DNA of 23,382 nucleotides from Ginkgo biloba (lineage: Eukaryota; Plantae; Ginkgophyta): NCBI GenBank assembly GCA_024626585.2, contig JANKJI020000004.1, positions 3,311,812 to 3,335,193 of the forward strand, in the 5' to 3' direction. Under the pieces are notes generated by a model that was not told where the DNA came from, searched no databases, and saw nothing but the letters and a program-made list of their open reading frames with translations. Shown here piece after piece: positions 1 to 11,029 of the stretch. Position 1 is the stretch's first letter, and the number at the start of each line of letters is the position of its first letter. The position numbers and the translations under genes were made by a program.

Positions 1-254
1 CACAAACCTTTGACACATAAATTCCAATAGTCTTAGAGACATCCCTTAAGTTTCCATTACAAACAATTTTTAAAGACTTCTTTCTTAAGGGTTTCTTAGG
101 CCCACTTCGCACAGTTGACTTGGTAAATGTCTATCCTATAACAAAAACTAGTTAGGATCATCATACATTGGACAATATCTTTACATGAAATTGTTATTGA
201 GGGTAGATATTAACACTCTTAAATCATATTGTTTCNNNNNNNNNNNNNNNNNNN

Positions 255-650
255 TGTCAAATTTTGGAAAGCCTTTGATACAATTCTTCAGCATCTCTTA
301 TGGAGAGATTATACAAGCTGGGTGTTCTAGAGGTGATTATCTCAATAATGATGGCTTTATATGAGCTAGTTGTTGATCGAGTTCACCTCCACACAAGCTC
401 TCAAGATATATATGAAGTATTATTGGGGTTAAACAAGGATGCCTTCTTCCACCTACATTATTTGGGTTATTCATTGATTATCTTTATTTGTGAGGCTATA
501 CAGGCAGAGGAGGGGTGTTTCTTGCACACTATGCTAATGGCAATACTTCTCTTCACAAACAATGATGGCCTACTCTCTTCCAAAATGGGTATTTAAAGAT
601 ATTTAGATGCCCTTGCCACCTTTTGTGATAATAGGGACTTAGATATTTAT
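255..650 (+). mobile_element. Degenerate non-LTR retrotransposon (LINE) reverse transcriptase fragment
   Basis: Frameshifted motifs in order: FWKAFDTI (~261-285; cf. DFxKAFD), SIIGVKQGCLLPPTLFGLFID (~416-478; cf. GVxQGCPLSPxLF), AILLFTNN (~540-563; decayed LLFADD), YLDALATFCD. Confidence 0.85.
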
Positions 651-2741
651 TGCACTAACTCTCTTTGTTCCAACATTATTGTAACAATCTCGCCTTTAAT
701 TCTATATGCTACTCTATATGAATTGTTATAAACATGCGTTGATCATAATATTGCATAAATAAATAAATGAAAATAAACATGGACAATATGCATATGTAAT
801 CAGAGTACACAAGTTAATATAAATAAATAATTTAGCATGGATGACATAATAAAGGAAATTATTCATTTATATCTAATCATGTCATAACCAAGTATGCATG
901 CACACAAGACTCAAAGGTTAGAATATTAGGGGCAAGAGATAGGCTTGGCGACTTTCATAAAAACCCATTGTTTGGATAAGATGACCGCCTTTGGGGATCT
1001 ATTGTAGTTACCAACATAAATATTCGATGCAATAAATGCTAACTGTAAGCTCCAAATGGAATTGATGTTTATGTCCACCCCTTGTAGATAGGAAGAGTAC
1101 CAGGTTTAGGCTTGCATGCCATTCTTTATCACTAGGGTCATTTCTCAAATAAAAATTGTGATACTCTTCCCCTTGACAGTTTAGGTGCACAACATATTGA
1201 CCACACGAACACAATGTGAGCATACAACAGTGTTGATCATTTGAGAAGAACAATCCACTATGGGTGATAGCACAATCCATAGAAGTGAAACATCTTTGAA
1301 TTTATCAGGGTGTTATCCTAACTCCAACTGTCAAATCCCTAAGACATGTAATCCCACAATTTCTCACACAAATTCTATGCAATTATAGTCCCTAGGAAGA
1401 CCAATAAATGCATCTCAATATGCACATGCAATCCTCACAGTGGTTACCAAGCTCATACAGGTTGCCAATGATTGGGTTCTAAGGTTTACAATATGAATAT
1501 AACACATAGCCAAGGAACCTTATCAAACACTAATCACATGTATTGGCAAAAACCATAATAGAACGCATGAAAAGATAGGGTACCTCACTATAGGCAGTCT
1601 AGATTTGAATATCTAGGGTTTATAGACCCATACAAGAGCATACATGACCATGCATTTAGATTCTAGACTGTGCAGAAATAACAAGACAAAAATAAATAAA
1701 AAGTGAGGCCAAGTAGTACATACCTTAATAGAGCACTTACCTTATTGATCTGAGCTCTCTATAGGTTGGAGAAGCCTCCTCATCCAAAAATGTCACAATT
1801 TTGAGCCCTATAAAGTAGCACCCTCCATCCAAAGTATGATGCAGTGCAAGTGTAGAATTATGCATAATCATTGTCTGCATACAAGGCAAGAACATACATC
1901 TATCCTTGCTTAATGCACATTCGCAATCACGCACCCATGCTTGATGCACAAACATAATCTAAAATTGGTCCGACACATCTAGAATTGCTACAACTTTTAT
2001 AGGTTTGTTGAGCCTTCCNNNNNNNNNNNNNNNNNNNNNNNNNNNNNNNNNNNNNNNNNNNNNNNNNNNNNNNNNNNNNNNNNNNNNNNNNNNNNNNNNN
2101 NNNNNNNNNNNNNNNNNNNNNNNNNNNNNNNNNNNNNNNNNNNNNNNNNNNNNNNNNNNNNNNNNNNNNNNNNNNNNNNNNNNNNNNNNNNNNNNNNNNN
2201 NNNNNNNNNNNNNNNNNNNNNNNNNNNNNNNNNNNNNNNNNNNNNNNNNNNNNNNNNNNNNNNNNNNNNNNNNNNNNNNNNNNNNNNNNNNNNNNNNNNN
2301 NNNNNNNNNNNNNNNNNNNNNNNNNNNNNNNNNNNNNNNNNNNNNNNNNNNNNNNNNNNNNNNNNNNNNNNNNNNNNNNNNNNNNNNNNNNNNNNNNNNN
2401 NNNNNNNNNNNNNNNNNNNNNNNNNNNNNNNNNNNNNNNNNNNNNNNNNNNNNNNNNNNNNNNNNNNNNNNNNNNNNNNNNNNNNNNNNNNNNNNNNNNN
2501 NNNNNNNNNNNNNNNNNNNNNNNNNNNNNNNNNNNNNNNNNNNNNNNNNNNNNNNNNNNNNNNNNNNNNNNNNNNNNNNNNNNNNNNNNNNNNNNNNNNN
2601 NNNNNNNNNNNNNNNNNNNNNNNNNNNNNNNNNNNNNNNNNNNNNNNNNNNNNNNNNNNNNNNNNNNNNNNNNNNNNNNNNNNNNNNNNNNNNNNNNNNN
2701 NNNNNNNNNNNNNNNNNNNNNNNNNNNNNNNNNNNNNNNNN

Positions 2742-2800
2742 TCCATGGTTGACTTGGTAAATATCTCCTTGGCCCACTTTCCATGGTTGACTTGGTAAAT
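2742..2800. repeat. Direct repeat TCCATGGTTGACTTGGTAAAT x2 (period 38 bp) at a contig edge; related copy at ~99-150
   Basis: Identical 21-mers at 2742 and 2780. ggcccactt...gttgacttggtaaatgt...taacaaa is also present near 99-145. Confidence 0.8.
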
Positions 2801-3369
2801 GTTTGTGTTGTAACAAATATTGCGTGGCAGACAGAAGGGGCCTTTCTGACATCCTTCTTAGATATCAGTGTCCAAAGTAATAAATGGAAAAATTCCACTC
2901 CAAGTGGGGTTCCCTGCATACATTTAAATGCTCTCTCTCCTTATATGTTGTATTTACTAGNNNNNNNNNNNNNCCATTGAGCTGCCATAGGCACTCCCTT
3001 AGAGATCTGTTGATTGTACCTATCAGTCCCATTGACCGCCTTTTGGTCTACATTTATATAATTTCTTTTCATTTCATTTCTTCTCTCAAGATGTAATAGG
3101 GTCAGTGGTTTCAATTTTTTGCATAATTCTGTTGGGAATTGACATTGATTAGCATGAGTTGTCTAAATATTTCCATTTTGCATGTAATCAGCCTTGTGTT
3201 CTATTGGCTTCCTTTATTTAATGTATGTAACTGTTTTTTTTGGAAAAAAATAAAACAATCTGAAAATACCCTTTACAGCTAGAATTGTGGATTTTTTTGG
3301 AAAGTCTATGACATCTTTTTCAGTTTATCAGTGGCTGATCAAACACCCTCTATATCTGATTTTGGACAG

Positions 3370-3459
3370 ATGTATTTGTGGGATGCTTTACAAGATGAGA
3401 CACTTCTTATTCTAATTGTCTGTGCAGTTGTTTCCTTGGTTGTTGGCTTGACAACAGAG
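3370..3459 (+). CDS. ACA: ACA exon (TM1): MYLWDALQDETLLILIVCAVVSLVVGLTTE
   Basis: Acceptor ggacag|ATG (AG 3368-3369), donor GAG|gtgcgt (GT 3460-3461); 90 nt, phase 0/0; matches the plant ACA 'W(E/D)AxQDxTLxILxxxAxVSL' TM1 motif. Confidence 0.95.
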
Positions 3460-3545
3460 GTGCGTCACCTTCACAGTTTCTGTTTGTTACTTCAGACATA
3501 TAACAATCTCTGATCAAATTTTGTTCTCAATTGTTTACTGAGCAG

Positions 3546-3615
3546 GATCCAGAAAATGGATGGTATGATGGAGGTGGCATTGCATTTGCTATTGTCCTTG
3601 TTGTTCTTGTATCTT
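3546..3615 (+). CDS. ACA: ACA exon (TM2): DPENGWYDGGGIAFAIVLVVLVS+T
   Basis: Acceptor agcag|GAT, donor TCT T|gtaagt; 70 nt, phase 0/1; GWYDG motif; follows an 86-nt intron. Confidence 0.95.
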
Positions 3616-5077
3616 GTAAGTTGCACATTTGGAATGTACCCATGTCATCACATAGAAGATACATGATTCAAATCATTTGATACGCACCATTTTAGGACAT
3701 TACAATGGATAGCATTGGGATGACACCAATTTATTACATATCACCACAGATATCGTAGCTCAAGATAAGGCAACGAGGCAAAATTTGGTTTTGTTGTCAC
3801 CCAACTAACTACGTGTCTAGATTAGTTTGCTTGATGTCTGTCCATCCATAACTGCCTAAGATTTGAGGCACCTNNNNNNNNNNNNNNNNNNNNNNNNNNN
3901 NNNNNNNNNNNNNNNNNNNNNNNNNNNNNNNNNNNNNNNNNNNNNNNNNNNNNNNNNNNNNNNNNNNNNNNNNNNNNNNNNNNNNNNNNNNNNNNNNNNN
4001 NNNNNNNNNNNNNNNNNNNNNNNNNNNNNNNNNNNNNNNNNNNNNNNNNNNNNNNNNNNNNNNNNNNNNNNNNNNNNNNNNNNNNNNNNNNNNNNNNNNN
4101 NNNNNNNNNNNNNNNNNNNNNNNNNNNNNNNNNNNNNNNNNNNNNNNNNNNNNNNNNNNNNNNNNNNNNNNNNNNNNNNNNNNNNNNNNNNNNNNNNNNN
4201 NNNNNNNNNNNNNNNNNNNNNNNNNNNNNNNNNNNNNNNNNNNNNNNNNNNNNNNNNNNNNNNNNNNNNNNNNNNNNNNNNNNNNNNNNNNNNNNNNNNN
4301 NNNNNNNNNNNNNNNNNNNNNNNNNNNNNNNNNNNNNNNNNNNNNNNNNNNNNNNNNNNNNNNNNNNNNNNNNNNNNNNNNNNNNNNNNNNNNNNNNNNN
4401 NNNNNNNNNNNNNNNNNNNNNNNNNNNNNNNNNNNNNNNNNNNNNNNNNNNNNNNNNNNNNNNNNNNNNNNNNNNNNNNNNNNNNNNNNNNNNNNNNNNN
4501 NNNNNNNNNNNNNNNNNNNNNNNNNNNNNNNNNNNNNNNNNNNNNNNNNNNNNNNNNNNNNNNNNNNNNNNNNNNNNNNNNNNNNNNNNNNNNNNNNNNN
4601 NNNNNNNNNNNNNNNNNNNNNNNNNNNNNNNNNNNNNNNNNNNNNNNNNNNNNNNNNNNNNNNNNNNNNNNNNNNNNNNNNNNNNNNNNNNNNNNNNNNN
4701 NNNNNNNNNNNNNNNNNNNNNNNNNNNNNNNNNNNNNNNNNNNNNNNNNNNNNNNNNNNNAAGTCCAAATGAGTGAAGAATGTTGCCCCATTAAGATCAT
4801 TAAGTAACTCCTCAATGACTTTAGTGTCATCTAGGAAATTCTTATCCTATAAACTAATCTAGGGGATAGGATTAGAAAAGATTCAATATAAATGGAATCA
4901 ATATATTTAGCACACCTAATAACCATTTAGGCACCAGAGATTGATCTAAGTAGGTGGCATGAACCTGTAAGTTCTAAAAGTCAGTAATTTGGATTCTGAT
5001 TTTCTGATTGACATATTTAAATATTTATGTAGCTTACCTTTTTCCTGACACTAGACTTTGGATTTTGATGGTTGCAG

Positions 5078-5148
5078 CAATCAGTGATTATAAGCAATCA
5101 TTACAGTTTCAAGAGCTCAACGCTGAGAAGCGGAAGATTCTTGTGAAT
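5078..5148 (+). CDS. ACA: ACA exon: (S)ISDYKQSLQFQELNAEKRKILVN
   Basis: Acceptor gttgcag|CA completes the split codon T+CA (Ser) from the previous exon; donor AAT|gtaggg; 71 nt; SDYKQSLQF is a conserved plant ACA motif. Confidence 0.95.
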
Positions 5149-5974
5149 GTAGGGACTATGAAATCTTGACCCTAATAATACTCTATTTATAATGTGCAAA
5201 AATTTAAGTATATGATTCATTGCTACTTCCAACTAAATGTAAATGAACAACTACTAGAACTTTATTCTTAATTCTTTAGCTAAAAAGTTACAAATAATCT
5301 AGGAACAAAAACAAGATGCAAAATAAATGTTAAATTTGCAAAATCTGATGCATTTACAGCATCCAATGCTTACATATTGTGGATGGATTTGAATTTTCCG
5401 AAACATATGAAGATGAGTTTTTCCCTCAAGTCATTGGCATTGCTAGACAGCATTAAGAGCTTAGGTCAAATATCCCTGTACCATTGATATCTCTTCATTA
5501 AACAAATTTTACACTCAGAAATTAAATGCCAAAAGAATTGCTACTATTAGATTATTTAAGTTGCCTGGGTTTATGATGAAAGAAAAACTGCAAAAGAGTT
5601 GCCACTTTTACATAGGTTATGCAGGTCACTTATGCGTCTATTGGAATGAACTGCAAGAAGAATTTCTGCCTTGGTCTATCATACTAGACCAGAAGAATGA
5701 ATGCATTTTCATAGGAAGTTCATAGTGAGAAATAAGCTTCACTTAGAAGATTTTCCTTGTATTTTTTTTCTTTATGCTTATTTGAATGCACAATGAAAAA
5801 ACATTCAACAAAAACTACTCTCTTGCATCATCGATCCACAGGGGTACTATGCCTCCTCATGTCACATGGTGTGTNNNNNNNNNNNNNNNNNNNNNNNNNN
5901 NNNNNNNNNNNNNNNNNNNNNNNNNNNNNNNNNNNNNNNNNNNNNNNNNNNNNNNNNNNNNNNNNNNNNNNNNN

Positions 5975-6780
5975 GATAAAGTTGTTGCTTTGGAAGAATA
6001 ATTGTGAGTAGATAAATAAAGAAGTGCAGAACAGACCCATGCACTTCAGATTTTGAATCAAGTTGAATTGAGGATCCAGAATTTAGGGAAGCATGTAAAA
6101 GAAAAGGAAGACAACATGGCCCAGATAGAGAAGGAGTTTGAGGTAAAAATTGAGAAGACATTAGACATCATTGATTCTTTTGAAAAGAAACTAACACTAG
6201 AGGTCCTAGCTAAAGAACAAGTGGAGACTCGACTCTGAGAAAACCAAAGATTAATTAAGGTGTTATAGGGACACTTGAAGGTGGAAAGGGACCATAGTGG
6301 TAAGTTGGAAGGAAAGTTGAAGGATTATAAGGGGCAATTGGATGTAGCAGAAGGAGCCATCATTGAGATGGTTGGAAAAAGAGAAGTTCTAGGAGGAAGT
6401 GGATGAGTCGACCCTTATATTCCAGGAAAGAATAAAATAATTGAAGGCGAAGTTACCCACCGAGGTAGAGCCTGTAACACAGATTCCTATTGATTTGTCA
6501 GATCCTTGGTCTAACATCTAGAACCTCAGAATTAAACTCAGGCAAACAGAGGATATGCTTAACAAAGTAGTAGAATTGGGTTATCAATTGGCTAATTACA
6601 GAGCCCCTAGCTATGTGTATGCCATGGTCTTCAAGGAGAGGTTGTTCAAATTCTAGCTTAAAACCATGTTGCAGGAGTATGTATTCCTTTAGAACGATGA
6701 TTAACACACTTGACTCATAACTCACTTGCAGTACCAGACTATTGTTAACATACATACCATATGGTCTGATTTATCTTCGA
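5975..6780 (+). mobile_element. Degenerate coiled-coil-like ORF remnant, probably TE-derived (family not identified)
   Basis: E/K/L-rich reading (QVELRIQNLGKHVKEKEDNMAQIEKEFEVKIEK...RL*ENQRLIKVL*GHLKVERD...) continues in frame through TGA/TAG stops; no splice-bounded exon structure. Confidence 0.35.
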
Positions 6781-7989
6781 GTGTAGGGATTTTAGAGTCA
6801 TAGCTTCATTCATTAGTTGGATAGCCTATTGGACTTGAGGATATGGCATCCTCCATCAGTAAACCAAATTATGGTGATCCATTCCCCATTGACACACCAT
6901 TGGAGTAATCTTATGCTTTGGCTCAGTGGGAGCATAGCGAGATTGAGGAGACACTACTGCATTTTATTACACAGGACTCTATTCACACAGTAGTGGAGCG
7001 ACATCAGTGATTTGGTCCATCATCAGAGCCTCCCCCACTAGACCTTATGATGTGTATGTAGTTCAAGAGGCTATCTTAAATTCTNNNNNNNNNNNNNNNN
7101 NNNNNNNNNNNNNNNNNNNNNNNNNNNNNNNNNNNNNNNNNNNNNNNNNNNNNNNNNNNNNNNNNNNNNNNNNNNNNNNNNNNNAAGCCCACGCGGTCCA
7201 CTTTTAGAGTCACTTGGCCGCCCACTTCTGCTCCGAACAAGCGTGCAGACTTGGGGTACGCCTGATGAGCATTCTACCACGTTTGTTGAGCTCAGATTCC
7301 TGGGCAAAAGACATGCTGTCTGCAGTTGCCGAATCGTTATAGAACACTGAATTTCTAGCCAGTTCCTCAGAGTATTAAACGAACCAGCAAATGGGAATTC
7401 GAACTACCAGGTTGTGAAAATCGAACGTTTTAGCTGACGTGTATGTCACCGAATGGATCTCCCTACTTCAAAATCCTGTTCCCGGACATGTGAAGGTAGT
7501 TTGACAACAGATCAAGACATAGCCTGAAATGACCTAATTCCATAGGCAACCTAACATTATGTTAATGAATACCTCATTAATGAACTTCATTGAATGCATC
7601 CTAATCTCTTATTGCACCTTGCCACATCACAATTGGTGTTATATATTCTGGTTGTTTTCATCATTCATTATTATATCATACAACCATGAGGGTCGCATGA
7701 TGTCACCTTCCCTTTGATTGCATCATCTTGTGCGTCGTTGTTGTCCTTCATTTATTGCTTGTCAACTCATTGAATGTTCATTGGACATGCTAATGATGTC
7801 ATTATATCAATATTGGGCTCATTCATATGCATTTATCATTGTTGTACAACATCTATTGCGATAAATGTCTTCCTTAATGATTCTTATGAGTTAAATACTT
7901 TACAACAAGGAACACAACAATGAAAGAACTCCTTGGATAAAATCAAGTGTCTACTATAGATATCCAATAATTACTAAAATAATTGTTAA

Positions 7990-9420
7990 AATGAGATATC
8001 AAGTTCTAATTCATGTTCATGCGTTCTCAATGTGTACTTTTGATTCTCTTTATGTATGATTGAACTTGAATGTAGAACCTTATTTTCATCTTTTGGCATT
8101 TTTGATAGGTAACAAGGCGAGGAAGAAGAGAGAAGGTTGTAATATTTGACCTTGTTGTTGGTGATATTGTTCATCTTAACATTGGTGACCAGGTTGACTT
8201 GGATTTCATTCAACACTTCTTCTTTTTGTATTAATCGTAGATAGAAGATTTATATTATCAATATTTGTGATTTACAATATTGTCATACTTTTTTATACAT
8301 TCATTTTTCTTTNNNNNNNNNNNNNNNNNNNNNNNNNNNNNNNNNNNNNNNNNNNNNNNNNNNNNNNNNNNNNNNNNNNNNNNNNNNNNNNNNNNNNNNN
8401 NNNNNNNNNNNNTACTAAACCTCATTGGTGGAGTGTGGGACTCATGAGGTACCTCTCTTTTTACCAACACTTGAGAACATATATATGTGCATGAGTTTCA
8501 AATTGTGAATACTTGTCATATCGAAAAGGATTGACAAGGAGCATGTCACAACAATAGATATTAATTGCATCATATGTGATTGTATCAATGTAAGAATTAA
8601 TTGCATACTTAAAACTTGAAACCTTGGTAACCTCTACTTTTTGTCTCTTTGAACATGTCCATCCCAATGAATAGGGAAATGGGTGATCCTATATTGGTAA
8701 TTTCAATGTGGTCACTGTGCAATATGAAATAAGATTCTTTGTGCTACCATTATTGAAGATGATGCCTACTAGTTGGTCCTTGACTTAAGCTCTTTGAAGA
8801 AACAAGATCTCTCTCTCTCTCTCNNNNNNNNNNNNNNNNNNNNNNNNNNNNNNNNNNNNNNNNNNNNNNNNNNNNNNNNNNNNNNNNNNNNNNNNNNNNN
8901 NNNNNNNNNNNNNNNNNNNNNNNNNNNNNNNNNNNNNNNNNNNNNTTGCCATTAAGGATTTTGACTACAATGTTTTCTTCTTCTTGTAGTTCCATCATTC
9001 TTGTGTACTATGGCCATAAAATTTGTGAATTTCACAATATCAATCCTTTTTAGGAATAAGAGAACCTTTACCTTTATGGGATTCGAGCTATCTTTTGACT
9101 CTTTCCCTTTGTTTTTGGATGAAGTCCCTTGATGGAGAATGTAAGTTCTGGCTTCAACTTTCAACGCATGGGTGAAATCTTTATCCAATGTTGGAATTTC
9201 CACAAACTCCAACTCCTACTGAATAGAGAAATAAAGTCCACTAACAAACTTCAATATCTTCTCTTGCTCGAAATCTTCCCTAGATATTATAATACTTATC
9301 CGAAGGAAAGTGTTTCTATATTGCTATACGCTTTGACCCTTTTCTTGTCTCAATTGATGCCAGATTTTCCTTAGGCTATCTGAGTAGTCACTTGTATAGA
9401 ATCTTTCTTGAATTTTCCTC
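7990..9420 (-). mobile_element. Degenerate Ty3/Gypsy LTR retrotransposon gag-protease region, interrupted by N gaps
   Basis: Minus strand 9420->9100 reads KIQERFYTSDYSDSLRKIWHQLRQEKGQSV*QYRNTF...KILKFVSGL...ELEFVEIPTLDKDFTHALKVEAR (gag, LRQxxxxSVxxY). 8770->8490 reads IIFNNGSTKNLIS...DHPFPYSLGW...VTK...YIDTITYD...CDMLLVNPFRYDK (aspartic protease, cf. IIDSGSxxNLIS...HPxPYxLGW...LLGxPxxYD). Confidence 0.85.
8808..8823. repeat. (CT)n microsatellite running into an assembly gap
   Basis: tctctctctctctctc immediately followed by Ns. Confidence 0.85.
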
Positions 9421-10303
9421 TNNNNNNNNNNNNNNNNNNNNNNNNNNNNNNNNNNNNNNNNNNNNNNNNNNNNNNNNNNNNNNNNNNNNNNNNNNNNNNN
9501 NNNNNNNNNNNNNNNNNNNNNAATTTAATAAGCATATTTTCCCCATAGAACTTTTGATGACTATTGACTCATCTTGTACAACTCAATTATTTCATCCAAT
9601 CCTTTATTTGCATGTCTAATACACTATTAATTGTGTTCCTATAGGATTTATAGGGGAATAGGCACATTCTTTGTTTATGCCTTGGGAATTATCCTTCTTA
9701 AATTTGAAGTCTAGAGCTTATTTATTTAGCTTCATAATGGATTGATTAAATGGATTTTTTTTGAGGACATACATTTTCTCCACAACTATATTTTCATCCT
9801 TTAATAGTTTAAAGTTCTTATTAGCTCATTCTACAAGATATCCTAGGTTTGATAATATTTTGGGGGAATCAATCATGCTAATTGTTGGCTTATGTTTTAT
9901 GGTGATAGAGAATATGGTAGATCCAAAGGCTTTGTCTTCTTGTTCCCTAGCATATCATTATGTTTCGTGATTATTACAATGCTTATTTTCTCAATCAAAG
10001 GTCCTCATGAAGAGCCCTCAAACCAAAGGCTCATCAATGTATTACTTGATCTTTTCCATATAAATTAAGTTGTCCTCAACTCTAGTTAAAGTTGTATGAA
10101 ATTTTTCCAAACAACCTTCTTTTTATGTGGGATATACTTTGCCCCTTTTGGCATTTTGAGTCAGTTGGCTCTAATTATTGAATTGATACCTTAGAGTACA
10201 AAATATGAGAGGTAATTTTATTGTTTTTCAAAAGAATTGTTTTCTTGTTCATGTGAAATTTGATGTCCAAGTTTTTGAAAGTTTTGATGGTTTTATTTCA
10301 CAG

Positions 10304-10346
10304 GTTAGCTTACTCAATGCACAAAATGATGGATGATCGAGCTCTT
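10304..10346 (+). CDS. ACA: ACA exon after TM4: (x)LAYSMHKMMDDRAL
   Basis: Acceptor ttcacag|G TTA GCT, donor CTT|gtgagt; 43 nt, phase 2/0; LAYSMxKMMxDxAL motif. Confidence 0.95.
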
Positions 10347-10427
10347 GTGAGTATAGAGAGAGTTTTTCTAATTGAATAGAAACCTAATGCATATGTTGAA
10401 GTCATCTATGTTCTTGATATGATCCAG

Positions 10428-10511
10428 GTTAGACATTTATCTGCTTGCGAAACAATGGGTTCTTCAACCACCATATGCAGTGATAAAACAGGAACATTGA
10501 CAATGAACATG
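10428..10511 (+). CDS. ACA: ACA exon with the P-type ATPase phosphorylation site: [28 protein letters not shown]
   Basis: Acceptor atccag|GTT, donor ATG|gtagta; 84 nt; invariant DKTGT encoded at 10482-10496. Confidence 0.97.
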
Positions 10512-11029
10512 GTAGTATTCTCACTTGATTAGTTTAAACTCATTAATTTTTACCATGTATTGCGTGATAATGATGGAATGGTGAAGGTTCTTGAATTGAT
10601 GTGTACTTTTATTTTCTTTTTTTGGGAGAAAGTATGCCTTTATTTAAATGAAATAGAAGGTTGAACATAGTTGAAGGAAAATAAATTTGCATACTATAGT
10701 ATGATATGAACAGAGGTTAAGGAATAGGTATCATGNNNNNNNNNNNNNNNNNNNNNNNNNNNNNNNNNNNNNNNNNNNNNNNNNNNNNNNNNNNNNNNNN
10801 NNNNNNNNNNNNNNNNNNNNNNNNNNNNNNNNNNNCCATAGAGATGCCCTTGTGATCAAATGGGCTTTTAAATAGGCCATTAATCATAAGCAATCTACTA
10901 AACCAATTCAACAATCTAAAGTAGCCAAGAATGTCAACTTAAGAGCTCGTTCGTAAAGATCATAGCAAATAATTAAATGTTGAGTGGAATTGAGTTTTTT
11001 GAAACTTCCTATCACTATTTCTATTGTCA

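Noticed and set aside
3331-3513. 60-aa ORF as a standalone gene
   Set aside because: Only 3370-3459 is coding (ACA exon); the flanks are intron read-through.
3540-3545. NAGNAG alternative acceptor (GAGCAG)
   Set aside because: GAG is a poor acceptor and there is no evidence of use; it would add only one Gln.
1927-4830. Long 250-330 aa ORFs in the ORF track (also at 20329-21384)
   Set aside because: They consist almost entirely of X from N gaps and are artefacts.
5625-5687. gcag|GTC ACT TAT GCG TCT ATT GGA ATG AAC (VTYASIGMN) as the missing VTxVGMNTEWG exon
   Set aside because: It has extra residues, lacks TEWG/ETPLQ and reaches a stop soon after; likely chance.
9990-10040. Minus-strand SLWFEGSS*GP as an RNase H motif
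   Set aside because: No downstream RNase H motifs are recognisable.
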